Positions 1 through 9,617 of a stretch of 64,000 bases of DNA are shown here, one piece after another. Source of the DNA: Candidatus Latescibacterota bacterium (GTDB taxonomy: Bacteria; Latescibacterota; UBA2968); assembly GCA_965198115.1 (NCBI GenBank), contig OZ240241.1:1568001-1632000 (forward strand), read 5' to 3'. Every line of letters starts with the position of its first letter. The first letter of the stretch is position 1. The notes below the pieces were generated by a model. The model was not told the DNA's origin and made no database searches. It worked only from the letters and a program-made list of their open reading frames with translations. A program made the position numbers and the translations under genes.

Positions 1-2410
1 ATGTTGCCTGGAGCTGCTCCGCCAACGCATTCAGTTCACCACGGGCGATCGCACGCGTATCGGTGAGATTCGGATTCTCCAGCTTTGCGGCCATCTCGTC
101 GACATACACCCGGTGCAGCGCCCTTCGATAGGCGTCGACGACGATCGTGTCTGCCCGAAGCTCCTCGAATAATCCCGCTCGAAGATCCCTCACCATCGCG
201 TGAAGCGGATACACATCGCCGCCCATCGCTTCGTGATCCACCAACCGTTTGGCCCGAGCGTCGCTCAACAGATTCTTCAGCATTCGACGCTGGGCCTTCA
301 TCACTCGATCCACGTTCCCAAAAGGTTCGATCAGCATCAGAATCTCAGGCTTGAGCAGCTGCAAAGGCGTCTTGAATGCGTTGTCGAGCAGAAACGCCAT
401 CGCTTCTTCTCCTCGGGCGCGTGACAGCGGGTGATAGACGGCGCCCGGCTGGCCAGCGTGCTTGGACGTTTGCTCGACACCTCCGATCACGTTGACCACG
501 TGCATCAACTCCCGATCGCGCTGCCCGATCAGCCTGTCATAGAGCTCGTCCAGGTGACGATAATCTTCGCCTTCCCACGTCGTCGCCGGAATCAGCATGT
601 CGACGATCCGATCGATGTTCATCAGACCGTAACGCGTCGCGGCGACCGGATCGTTGCCCAGATCCTCCGTCTGAGCCGTCGGGTCGAATCGCGATCGCCA
701 TCCAAACCGCAGCGTCAAATCAGAGGTCTGACGACGGGCGATCACGTCCAGCTCGCGACGCTCCTCGTCCGGCGTTGTCGCGCCCGGGATCGGCTTGTAG
801 CCCCACTCGATGGCGAATCGATCGTAGGGCCCGATCTTCGGAATCAGCCGCGCCCTATCCCCCGGTTGGGAAACGTAGTTGAAGCGGCCGTAGTCCATGA
901 TGCTCGCCTCGGTCCCGTTGCGGGCTGTGAACCGGGCATTCCGCAGCTGCTCGACCGTGTAGGAGGAACTCGCCTTCATGTTGTGTGGCAAACCGAGCGC
1001 GTGTCCCACCTCGTGGGCGCTCACGTAGCGCAGCAGCTCACCCATCAGATCGTCCGGAAGTGGAAGCTTCTTCGCGCGATCGTCCATGGGCGCCACCTGC
1101 ACGAAATACCAATCGCGCAAAAGGTTCATGACGTTGTGGAAGAACTTGATGTCGGAGTCGAGAATCTCGCCCGTTCGGGGATCGTGAACGTGTGGACCGA
1201 AGGCATTCTCGATCCGGCTGGGCAGCCACGCGATCGAGGCAACCCGTGCGTCTTCGATGCTCCAGTCAGGATCCTCTTCGACCGTCGGTGCCATCTTCGC
1301 CTGAATGGCTCGACGGAATCCGGCCTGTTCGAACGCTCCTTGCCAGTCCTCCACACCTTTGGCGATGTAGGAGCGCCATTTCTCCGGTACAGATCGATCG
1401 ATGTAGAACACGATCGGCTTGATCGGATCCGACACCTTCCTCTTCGGCTTCTTCTTCTCCAGCCGCCAGCGAGTGATGTAGGACCGGCGCTCGGCTCGAT
1501 GAACATCGAGACCGTAGTCTACCTGTTCTACCGAAAAGTAGCCCACGCGGGAGTCTTCGAGACGGGGTACCATCGGCTTCTCAGGCAAATGAACCATACT
1601 GTGGTGCGTCACGACGGAGACCGTCGACAGGCTTCGGTCGCCCGCCTTTTCCGCCTCGAACGTCAGGATCGCCTGCGTCTCGATGTTTTCGGGAAAGGAT
1701 CGAACACGCTCGATGAACGAACGTTTTTCGTCGAGCTTCTTCGCGTCGACGGCCTTTTTGGGAGAAAACTCAGGAATGTCGGACGTGAAGAACTTTGTCA
1801 CGTCGATGACGAGCGAACTGTCCTCACCGAACGTTTCGATTTCGAATGCTGCAAGGATCGGCGGGTACGTTGCCGCCGACACCGCCTCGTAGACTGCGAG
1901 CGATTCCGCCGCCACGCTTTCATACTGAATTCGGCGTAGAAGAACGCGATCATACCTTTTCTCCCATCGCACAACCTGACTGTTCACCATCTGACCGCCG
2001 AAGCCTTTGCCCGTCTGGTTCTCGGCGATCTGCGTGACCCAAAGGAACAGCCGTCCCAGTTCGGAGCGTGGAATCTCGTAGTAGAGGCTCTCTTCGACCC
2101 GATGCGTGTCGAAAACACCCTCATCTGTGATGGCCTCTTCCGTGACGATCTCATCGTAGGATTTGAACTTCGGCTCCTCTTTCGTCGAGTCGACCGAAGC
2201 CGAGTCCACCGCCACGGAATCCACGGTTGCCTGGGCGGAGTCAGCACCCACGGTCAACGCAAACGAGGGCCCAGCACCAAAGAGCCACAGGAGCGCGATG
2301 AGGGATCGAGAATCGAATATCGAGAATCGAATAGTGGGAAGACCCAGCAACCATCTTTCAATCCTCGATGCTCGATGCTCGATACTCGATGCTCTGTCTT
2401 CAATCTTCAA
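1..2410 (-). CDS. Secreted zinc-dependent metalloprotease (EcxA-like, DUF5117/DUF5118 type), runs off the left edge
   Basis: Manual minus-strand translation; absent from the ORF track because no stop falls in the window. Signal-like LIALLWLFGAGPSFA, then LYYEIPRSELGRLFLW and AHEVGHALGLPHNMKASS...SIMDY (HExxHxxGxxH plus Met-turn). The start (TTG 2410 or slightly downstream) is uncertain. Confidence 0.88.
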   Translation of the reverse strand, partial: MKIEDRASSIEHRASRIERWLLGLPTIRFSIFDSRSLIALLWLFGAGPSFALTVGADSAQATVDSVAVDSASVDSTKEEPKFKSYDEIVTEEAITDEGVFDTHRVEESLYYEIPRSELGRLFLWVTQIAENQTGKGFGGQMVNSQVVRWEKRYDRVLLRRIQYESVAAESLAVYEAVSAATYPPILAAFEIETFGEDSSLVIDVTKFFTSDIPEFSPKKAVDAKKLDEKRSFIERVRSFPENIETQAILTFEAEKAGDRSLSTVSVVTHHSMVHLPEKPMVPRLEDSRVGYFSVEQVDYGLDVHRAERRSYITRWRLEKKKPKRKVSDPIKPIVFYIDRSVPEKWRSYIAKGVEDWQGAFEQAGFRRAIQAKMAPTVEEDPDWSIEDARVASIAWLPSRIENAFGPHVHDPRTGEILDSDIKFFHNVMNLLRDWYFVQVAPMDDRAKKLPLPDDLMGELLRYVSAHEVGHALGLPHNMKASSSYTVEQLRNARFTARNGTEASIMDYGRFNYVSQPGDRARLIPKIGPYDRFAIEWGYKPIPGATTPDEERRELDVIARRQTSDLTLRFGWRSRFDPTAQTEDLGNDPVAATRYGLMNIDRIVDMLIPATTWEGEDYRHLDELYDRLIGQRDRELMHVVNVIGGVEQTSKHAGQPGAVYHPLSRARGEEAMAFLLDNAFKTPLQLLKPEILMLIEPFGNVDRVMKAQRRMLKNLLSDARAKRLVDHEAMGGDVYPLHAMVRDLRAGLFEELRADTIVVDAYRRALHRVYVDEMAAKLENPNLTDTRAIARGELNALAEQLQAT

Positions 2411-2420
2411 TCTTCAATGG
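2305..2420. repeat. Heptamer tandem repeats (TCGAGAA, TCGATGC, TCTTCAA units)
   Basis: tcgagaa-tcgaata-tcgagaa-tcgaata; tcgatgc-tcgatgc-tcgatac-tcgatgc; tcttcaa x3. Confidence 0.85.
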
Positions 2421-3068
2421 CTCCAAATAGGCTTCCCACATATCCAACAGAACACAACTGTTCGGTTCCGCCGATGCACCCCACACTTCCCGGCCGTCGA
2501 ACCTCACAGCATACACCGGCTGGGGGCCCTCGTGTTCGCTTATCGCTTCGTGGTCCTGGAATCCTTGGGACCGGTAGATTCGAACGATTTGACCGACTTT
2601 CCCCCGGAGATACCGTGGAAGTCGCGTATGTCCCTCCGGATGAACCTGCTTGGCGCGCACACGTTCGCCCATCCGGAACCGGGGCTCTGGCTCCGAAGAT
2701 GCAGATCCAGATGACTGTCGCTCAACCGACTGGGCGGTGGCCGCTGCCCCCGTCTTGGGAAGGTCCGCGTCGGGATCGGCCCGATACTGCGCGAGTCTCT
2801 CCTCGAACTCTTCCTCGGTGATCACGCCCGACTGTAGTAAACCGTTGATCCGGGCGTGAAGCCACTTTTCGTAGTAGCTGGAAGCCAGATAGAAGGCCGG
2901 ATCGAGCGCCTCGATCTGGAACCGTGATCCCCCGGGTACGGGCGACCTGAGCGTCCTCGCAATGCCCATGACCCGCCCTTCCCACGGTTCGTGAAAAGCG
3001 GGCTCGTTTTCCTCGATTTCGATCCGCCCGAAGCCGTGCATGCCGCCCATGTCGTGTATGCCGTCCAT
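2400..3068 (-). CDS. nthB: Nitrile hydratase subunit beta
   Basis: MDGIHDMGGMHGFG N-terminus, FHEPWEGRV, YLASSYYEKWL, GHTRLPRYLRGKVG, DMWEAYLE; GGAGG upstream of ATG 3068. Confidence 0.92.
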   Translation of the reverse strand: MDGIHDMGGMHGFGRIEIEENEPAFHEPWEGRVMGIARTLRSPVPGGSRFQIEALDPAFYLASSYYEKWLHARINGLLQSGVITEEEFEERLAQYRADPDADLPKTGAAATAQSVERQSSGSASSEPEPRFRMGERVRAKQVHPEGHTRLPRYLRGKVGQIVRIYRSQGFQDHEAISEHEGPQPVYAVRFDGREVWGASAEPNSCVLLDMWEAYLEPLKIED

Positions 3069-3252
3069 CCGTCCTCCTTCCCAAGTGTCGTTCGACGGTG
3101 CAAGGTAATGTGTCCCCGGCCGTGCCCGCAACCGGCTCCTCCACGTGGCCCATCCCCCTGTCCCGCGACGACTTACACTTGTGGCTCTTCCCCGATTCGC
3201 ATAAATTGCGCGCCGTTCCTCCAAAAGCGTCATCCCTAACCAAGGAGCACCA

Positions 3253-4149
3253 ATGGCCAAGCCAAAGATCGGATTCATCGGCCTCGGAATCATGGGCCGA
3301 CCGATGAGCAAACATCTTCTCAACGCCGGCTACGAGGTGGTCGTACACGACATCAATCGCGATGCTGTCAAAGAGCTCGTCGAGGCCGGCGCCGAGGAAG
3401 CCAACGCCTGCGCCGAAGTCGCCGAACGAAGCGACCTCATCATCACGATGGTGCCGGACTCTCCCGACGTCCAGGCCGCCGCGCTCGGCGAGGGTGGCAT
3501 CATCGAGGGCGTCCGCGAAGGGGCCACCTACGTGGACATGAGCACGATCGCACCCAGCGTCTCGGTCGAGGTGGGCGAAGAGATGGCCAAAAAGGGCGTG
3601 AAGTGTCTGGATGGTCCCGTCAGCGGCGGCGACGTCGGCGCGCAGAATGCTACGCTCTCGATCATGGTCGGTGGCGACGATGAAACCTACGAATTCGTCA
3701 AACCCATCTTCGAGATCATGGGCAACCCCGTCCTCTGCGGTCCCCTTGGCGCGGGTCAGATCGTCAAAGCCTGCAATCAGATTCTGGTCGCCGTCACGAT
3801 CGCTGGCGTGAGCGAAGCCATCACCCTCGGCGCAAAGGCCGGAGTCGATCCGCTCAACATCGTCAAGGTCCTTGGTGGCGGTCTCGCCCGCTGCGGAGTT
3901 CTCGAAAATCGTGGCGAACGGATGGTCAACGGCGACTTCGACCCGGGATTCCGCATCCGCCTGCACTACAAAGACCTCAACATCATCATGAAGACCGGCA
4001 ACGACTACCAGGTTCCGCTGCCAGTCACGAGCGTCGTTCACGAGCTCTTCAACACGGCGATGGTCAAAGACCGAAGCGAGCTCGATCACTCGGGGTTGTT
4101 GACGGTCATCGAAGATATGGCGGGCATCCAAGCGAGAACGAAAAGCTGA
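3253..4149 (+). CDS. 2-hydroxy-3-oxopropionate reductase (GarR/GlxR, beta-hydroxyacid dehydrogenase family)
   Basis: IGFIGLGIMG, DMSTI, DGPVSGG, VKACNQ, FDPGFRIRLHYKDL; RBS AAGGAG. Confidence 0.9.
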   Translation: MAKPKIGFIGLGIMGRPMSKHLLNAGYEVVVHDINRDAVKELVEAGAEEANACAEVAERSDLIITMVPDSPDVQAAALGEGGIIEGVREGATYVDMSTIAPSVSVEVGEEMAKKGVKCLDGPVSGGDVGAQNATLSIMVGGDDETYEFVKPIFEIMGNPVLCGPLGAGQIVKACNQILVAVTIAGVSEAITLGAKAGVDPLNIVKVLGGGLARCGVLENRGERMVNGDFDPGFRIRLHYKDLNIIMKTGNDYQVPLPVTSVVHELFNTAMVKDRSELDHSGLLTVIEDMAGIQARTKS

Positions 4150-4232
4150 GCGGGGAGAAAACCGAGCGGGAGAACGGGTGAGGAGGGAACGGGAGACAAA
4201 ACCGCACCCGCTCCCCCGCTCTCTCCTCTCCC
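4148..4232. repeat. Purine-rich ~8-mer repeats followed by their pyrimidine-rich inverse
   Basis: gagcggggag...gagcgggaga...aacgggaga, then ccgctcccccgctctctcctctcccg. Confidence 0.55.
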
Positions 4233-4266
4233 GATCACAGTTCGCGAATCACTCCAGGGGAAGCCC

Positions 4267-5097
4267 ATGGACGGTGCCGTCCTTGAAAACCTTCCAAGCG
4301 AAGAACAGCTCCAGCACTTTGACGAGCAGGGGTTCCTCATCGTGCCCAATGCGCTGTCACAGGACGAGTGCGATCGGCTGGAGACTCTGGTCGACGCGAT
4401 CTGGGAGGAGCAGAAGGCGTGCGGGCAGGAAGGGAATCTGTTCTATCCCAACTTCGTCGGGCGCGATCAGGCCTTCATCAATCTGCTCGACAACCCTGTC
4501 GTCTTCCCGATCGTCTGGTCGATTCTGGGCTGGAACATCTACCTATATCACTCCCATCTCGGCGTCTCGCCCCAGGAGGCGCCCGAAACCGAACCCGCGA
4601 AAGAACCGCTCGGTTTCCATCAGGACAGCGGACGCGTGAATCGAGATCTCGAGACCTCACCACGACCTCGCGTTTCGCTCAAAGTGGGCTACTGGTTGAG
4701 CGACGTGAGCGAGCCGGGCCGTGGTAACTTTCACATCATTCCGAGGAGCCATCTCACCGACACCGTCGAGAAACCGGAGGACCGCAATCCGGACGGTACG
4801 ATTCCCGTCTGCGCCAGTCGGGGAGACGCTGTCTTTTTCGACCGCAGGCTGTGGCACGCGCGGTCGCCGAACCACTCAGCGATCGTGCGCAAGGTCCTGT
4901 TCTATGGTTACGGCTACAGATGGATTCGAACGAAAGACGACACCACGATCCGCCCCGACCTTTTCAAGAACTGTGACCCCATCCGACGACAGCTCCTCGG
5001 AGACGGCACGAACTGCAACGGCTATTTCTCCCCCGGCGACGATGACGTGCCCCTCAAAGTCTGGCTCGAAGAACACACCGAAGGCGTCCCCGCCTGA
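4267..5097 (+). CDS. Phytanoyl-CoA dioxygenase (PhyH) family Fe(II)/2-OG oxygenase
   Basis: FDEQGFLIVPNALS, FHQD (HxD), IPRSH, GDAVFFDRRLWHARSPN. Confidence 0.88.
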   Translation: MDGAVLENLPSEEQLQHFDEQGFLIVPNALSQDECDRLETLVDAIWEEQKACGQEGNLFYPNFVGRDQAFINLLDNPVVFPIVWSILGWNIYLYHSHLGVSPQEAPETEPAKEPLGFHQDSGRVNRDLETSPRPRVSLKVGYWLSDVSEPGRGNFHIIPRSHLTDTVEKPEDRNPDGTIPVCASRGDAVFFDRRLWHARSPNHSAIVRKVLFYGYGYRWIRTKDDTTIRPDLFKNCDPIRRQLLGDGTNCNGYFSPGDDDVPLKVWLEEHTEGVPA

Positions 5098-5119
5098 CAG
5101 AGCACCATCGTCGACATAG

Positions 5120-5158
5120 AAAACCGGCCCCCTCGATTCACTCGAGAGGGCCGGTTTC
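5120..5158. terminator. Intrinsic terminator-like hairpin between convergent genes
   Basis: aaaccggccccctcga-ttcac-tcgagagggccggttt. Confidence 0.7.
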
Positions 5159-5175
5159 AATATCTCTTGCACACT

Positions 5176-5224
5176 TCGCAGCCGGGAGGTACATCCTGAG
5201 CGGAGTCGAAGGGCTGCTCCCACC
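5176..5224. repeat. GTGG-type REP with a 24-nt insertion in its loop
   Basis: tcgcagccgggagg[tacatcctgagcggagtcgaaggg]ctgctcccacc; uninterrupted sibling at 26844-26868. Confidence 0.7.
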
Positions 5225-5319
5225 GGCGATGGTGAACAACGTCTCTACCAGTCCACAGCTCGCCACCGACCGTCCATTCGATATCGTCTAGCGATTCCTG
5301 TCGACCTCTCCATCAATCG

Positions 5320-5895
5320 CTAAGGGGTATACCTGAAGACCTCGTCAAAGGGCTTCCTTTTTGCGTTCAGGACTTCCTCGGGAAACCCGGTGTAGAAGAA
5401 CCCGATGATATACTCCCTGTCCTTGTCGACGCCAAGAAGATCGTAGGTGTCATCCTCGAGCGTGATGGGCCCGGTGCTCCACTGCATGCCGATTCCCTCG
5501 GACCAGGCAGCCAGGGCGACGTTCTGCATCGCACAACACGCGGCCGCATAGTCTTCACGATTCTGCACCTCGTCTCCATCCTGATTACAGGAGACGGCAA
5601 CGATCGTCGGCTTCGAATGGAACTTCTTGTAGCCCGCGTCAGCAAGAGCCTGGCGGGCCTCATCATCAGCTGAATCGGCTGCCTTGGCTCGCTGAATCTC
5701 GCTGTAGCGCTGAGCCAGCTTTTCCTTCGTCTCGGTCCCCAGGACAATGAACCGCCACGGCTCGGTCAGATGATGATTCGGCGCCCAGATGCCGTAGCTA
5801 AAAACCCGTTGAATTGTTTCGATCGGCACGGGGTCGGGCTTGAATTTGAACACGGACCGCCGCGATGTAATGGCCTCGAGAACCTCCATACGCAC
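5320..5895 (-). CDS. Nitroreductase family protein (YdjA-like)
   Basis: AITSRRSV, WAPNHHLTEPWRF, AMQNVALAAWSEGIGMQWSTG. Confidence 0.9.
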   Translation of the reverse strand: MRMEVLEAITSRRSVFKFKPDPVPIETIQRVFSYGIWAPNHHLTEPWRFIVLGTETKEKLAQRYSEIQRAKAADSADDEARQALADAGYKKFHSKPTIVAVSCNQDGDEVQNREDYAAACCAMQNVALAAWSEGIGMQWSTGPITLEDDTYDLLGVDKDREYIIGFFYTGFPEEVLNAKRKPFDEVFRYTP

Positions 5896-5965
5896 TCCTG
5901 ATTTCGATCTGGAACCTGTGATCTTCGGTCATCGATAATATAGAAGGGGGTCTCGGAGTGTCAAG

Positions 5966-6977
5966 CTACGCGACCCCTTCGGCAGCGGGTTCGATCCCCA
6001 GCGTTCCATCGGAGGTGCCCTTCCCGGCCACCCACCGCCGATCGATCCCCACTTCCCCCATCAGAAATCGAACGGGATGGGCCGTCAACAGCGATGTCGA
6101 GACCACACAATAGACGCCGCAGCTCGTTTGACACGTTTTCTTCCGATCGTAGGAAGCCAACATCTCCAGCGTGACATCGTCGATGTTCACGTCGGTCCTC
6201 AGCATGCTACACGGCCAGAACTTGCCCTGGGACGAAATGAAGAAATACTTGTAGCCAGCTCGGCACGTCCAATCCACGGGACGTCCCTCGAGCATCGCTT
6301 TCTGGTAATTCAAAATCGCCCAGGTCGTGTGAATGCGCTCACCCTGAGCCTTCCGGCCCATCATTTCATACAGAAACGCAGACAGTCTCCGACGCTCCCC
6401 GACAGAGACACGGAACGACTGACGTGGGTCGGGATGAACCAGCCGGAAATGCGCGCTGAAACCCATCCCGGTGGCGACATCCAGAACCTCCTGGCACTCC
6501 GACAGCGTCTCGTCGAACAGCACACCGGAGACTTGCGTCCTGATCCTCGAACCCTTCAGATGAGCCAGCTTTGAACCGATCGTTTTCATCGCCTTTCGCG
6601 TCGATTGGGTCGGCGTCATCCGGTCGACAGAGACTTGCAAGGCATCCAGACCGGCGTCCTCGAGTTCCTCCACGACGGTTCGACTGAGCAGATACCCGTT
6701 CGTGGACGCGCTGACATTCAAACCCAGACCCTTCGCGAAGCGAATCACCGCTGACAAGTGCGGATAGAGCAAGGGTTCCCCTCCCTGCAGCCCCAGGTGG
6801 AGACAGCCCAGCTCACGTGCTTTCCTCACCCATCGCTTCAAGTCTTCGAGATCGGGATGATCCACCTGGTTGTCGTATTCGGCGCAATACTGGCAATCCA
6901 GATTGCACTGGTCGGTAACGTAGAGATGACAGGCCAGGGGTCTTCGGTCGAACAGTCGTCATTCGCAGGTATGACAC
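5966..6977 (-). CDS. Radical SAM protein with C-terminal SPASM/twitch cysteines; 5' end apparently frameshifted
   Basis: In frame upstream of the track ORF: HLYVTDQCNLDCQYC (CxxxCxxC); then GGEPLL, STNG, CRAG...PC...CQTSCGVYC. An in-frame TGA sits near 6960, and the likely GTG start after GGAGG (6977) is out of frame. Confidence 0.85.
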
Positions 6978-7000
6978 GCGTCCTCCCACAAGTATTCGAT

Positions 7001-8017
7001 TCAGCCCGACAAGACGACCGAGTCGGGTCTTTCATCTGGCTTCGGCGCGTAGAGAGCAACCGCTCCGATCGCCATCCACGCGAGTTTGCGGACACGCTTC
7101 ACAATGCCCACTGACAGCCCCACACCCGGGTTGAGCCCGAGCAGCAGAAACAGGTAGGCATTACCCGCTTCCATCATCCCCAAGCTTCCCGGCACAAAGA
7201 AGAACACCGCGTCGATCACCATCCCCAGAGAGAATAGCAGGAACCCGACCAGGACCGCGTCTGCAACGCCTATGAGACGCAGAATGGCGAACGTCTCCGC
7301 ATAACCCATCGCAAGGCTGATGAATCGAAGACCCAGACACGTCCAGAAACGCTTCCCACGCAGTGAGATGAACGTCGAGAGTCCCTCGTCCACGCGCTCA
7401 GCGGCACCCCTCAAATGCGATCGTCCCCCTAGGGTGAGACCCAGGTGGTTCAACACATTGAGAAGTTTTGTGACGGGTCTGTGCCGCTGGGCGAGAATGA
7501 CGCCTATCGTGCCCAGGAGCCAGATCGTGATCACCACCATCAAGCCCATTCGAAGTGATGCTTCGAACGGCAGAACGTCGATCGCAACGAACGCCCCCAC
7601 GCTCACGAACACAACGCCAGACAGGATCTCGACCGTCTTGTTGGCCATCACGCCGGCGGCGCTCGCCGCCATCGACATCCGCCCACGCAGGAAATAGGGC
7701 TTTGCGAACTCTCCGCCGATGTTCGCACTCGGCAATAGATTGTTTAAAACATCACCCGCGAGATTGGCTCGAAACAGCGTCCAAAACCCGGGATGCCGAG
7801 TCTCTTCGGGCAGGGCGACGATCCACGAAAGCGTGTTCCAGCACTTCCATCCGAGCGAAATCGTAAACAGCGGCAAGAGCCAGAAGCCGCCGTCACGAAG
7901 TGCACCCAGAATCTGTTTGGGACCGACCTGCCACACGGTCACACCGAAAAGGATGGCACCCGCCACAAAGGCGAATGTAGACCCCAGGGACACGATCCCG
8001 GGCCGAGGGGTTTTCAC
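7001..8017 (-). CDS. Lysylphosphatidylglycerol synthase TM / flippase-like membrane protein (UPF0104)
   Basis: Multiple TM segments; NNLLPSANIGGE and FFVPGSLGMMEAG motifs. Confidence 0.85.
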   Translation of the reverse strand: MKTPRPGIVSLGSTFAFVAGAILFGVTVWQVGPKQILGALRDGGFWLLPLFTISLGWKCWNTLSWIVALPEETRHPGFWTLFRANLAGDVLNNLLPSANIGGEFAKPYFLRGRMSMAASAAGVMANKTVEILSGVVFVSVGAFVAIDVLPFEASLRMGLMVVITIWLLGTIGVILAQRHRPVTKLLNVLNHLGLTLGGRSHLRGAAERVDEGLSTFISLRGKRFWTCLGLRFISLAMGYAETFAILRLIGVADAVLVGFLLFSLGMVIDAVFFFVPGSLGMMEAGNAYLFLLLGLNPGVGLSVGIVKRVRKLAWMAIGAVALYAPKPDERPDSVVLSG

Positions 8018-8152
8018 GAAATCCTCCCGTTGACCGCACGAACGAGCTCACGTAGGTTTATCGGGCACGATCGGCAACAGTCGATCGCGCGCGGATCGAC
8101 CGTCAGCCTTGCCCTGTCCAGGTTCGGGGCTGACGGTCGTCTTCGTTTGTAA

Positions 8153-8191
8153 CAAAAAAGGTGCCAGCTCCATTTTCGGATCCGGTACCTT
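8153..8191 (-). terminator. Possible intrinsic terminator on the minus strand
   Basis: Minus strand aaaggtaccggatcc-gaaaat-ggagctggcacc-ttttttt. Confidence 0.5.
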
Positions 8192-8468
8192 TGTCATCTG
8201 CAGTGATGTCAGTCAGTTAGTCGAACTGTGGTCGTCCGATACACCGTGACGCGTTACCACACGCGTCGACAAACGACTACACAACACGACCCCGGGCGGT
8301 GGCAACTCGTCACCCAGGTTTCTGGAACTAAACTCCGAAAAGCCTCTCTCCCTGGTTTTCGGTCCGTAACAGGGGCTTCGGCCATCAATGCGGTTTAGGC
8401 CAACACCCTCGATCCCTTCGCATCCCACGCGCGCTCTGCGTTGAAAGGCTTTTCTGGCGTTATCGGAT

Positions 8469-9522
8469 TCATACTTTGAAAAGAAAGCGATGAATCTCTC
8501 CGTCCTCTACGATATGATCCTTCCCCTTCTGCATCAGCCTCCCCGCTTCCTTCACCTTCGCCTCGGTTCCGAGCCCGATCAGATCATCGTAGATCATGAC
8601 TTCGGACCGGATGAATCCTCGTTCGATGTCCTTATGGATCGCTCGTCCGGCTTGTGGGGCGCTGGCTCCGCGTCGAATCGTCCACGCCCGAACCTCATCT
8701 TCGCCAACCGTAAAGAAGGAAATCAGACCCAGCGATGCGTAGCAGAGCAACGTCAGCCGATCGATGGCGGGGCTCTCGATTCCCAAATCGTCTAAAAACG
8801 AATTGCGTTCGGCAGGCTCGAGCTGCGTGATTTCCTGCTCCGCGCGTGCCGATACCGATATCCATCGATAGGATCGCCCCTCGTGGTTGCTGCGAAGCTC
8901 TTCGATGAATGCCTCATCCACGATCCGCTCTTCTCCCACGTTGACCGGTTTTGTACTTAAAAATGGGTAGCTGTCCCACAATACGCGATTCTTCTTTGGT
9001 CAGATCGAACGTGACCAGGGTCCGATCCTCCTCAAGATGCCCCTTCATCCGTTCGAGGAGCGCTCGCTCCTTCGCAGCTTGCGTAGCATCGATCCGTCTT
9101 CCAGTCTCCTTCTCGATACGCTCGAGACGCTTTTCGATGAAAATCAGATCGCACAGCTGCAGTTCTTCTGCAAACACACGGATGTCCCGCGCGGTGTCTA
9201 CGCACCCCTCGAGGTGAAAGACGGTGTCGTCCTCGAACCCTCGCGCAACATAGCAGATCACGTCGACACGCTCCAAATGCTGAAACAGCACCCGATTTCG
9301 ATCGGGCTGTGTATCCAGATCGGGTAATAGCACAAACTCGATTTGCGCGGGTGTGCGCTTTTCGGGCACGTACATCGCGACGAGACGCTCGAGCCGCTCG
9401 TCGCGCACGTATGCAAAACCCGGCTGCGGTTCAGATCGATCGAGACCGGGCGCCTGGTCCGTCAGCAACTCGAACAACGTCCTCTTGCCTACCTGAGGCA
9501 AACCCACCAGCCCCAGCTTCAT
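8469..9522 (-). CDS. YchF/Obg-like ATPase with TGS (DUF933) domain, divergent; frameshift near 8977
   Basis: MKLGLVGLPQVGKRTLF; C-terminal LGLISFFTVGEDEVRAWTIRRG..APQAGRAIHKDIERGFIRSEV..GKDHIVEDGEIHRFLFKV; frame switch at a GGG run. Confidence 0.88.
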
Positions 9523-9617
9523 TCTGCGGCCTCCTGTCCTACGCTTGAATCCACGGTTTAAGGGCGTTAATATACATAAGACACCGGTTTTCGTGGGGAT
9601 GCTCAAAGGAGGAACCC

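Noticed and set aside
431-1939. 502-aa plus-strand ORF
   Set aside because: Antisense shadow of the metalloprotease gene.
3069-3323. N-terminal extensions in the ORF track (nthB, DUF151, kbl, PfkB, Gfo/Idh/MocA, sulfatases)
   Set aside because: Family similarity, and in several cases RBS position, support the downstream starts.
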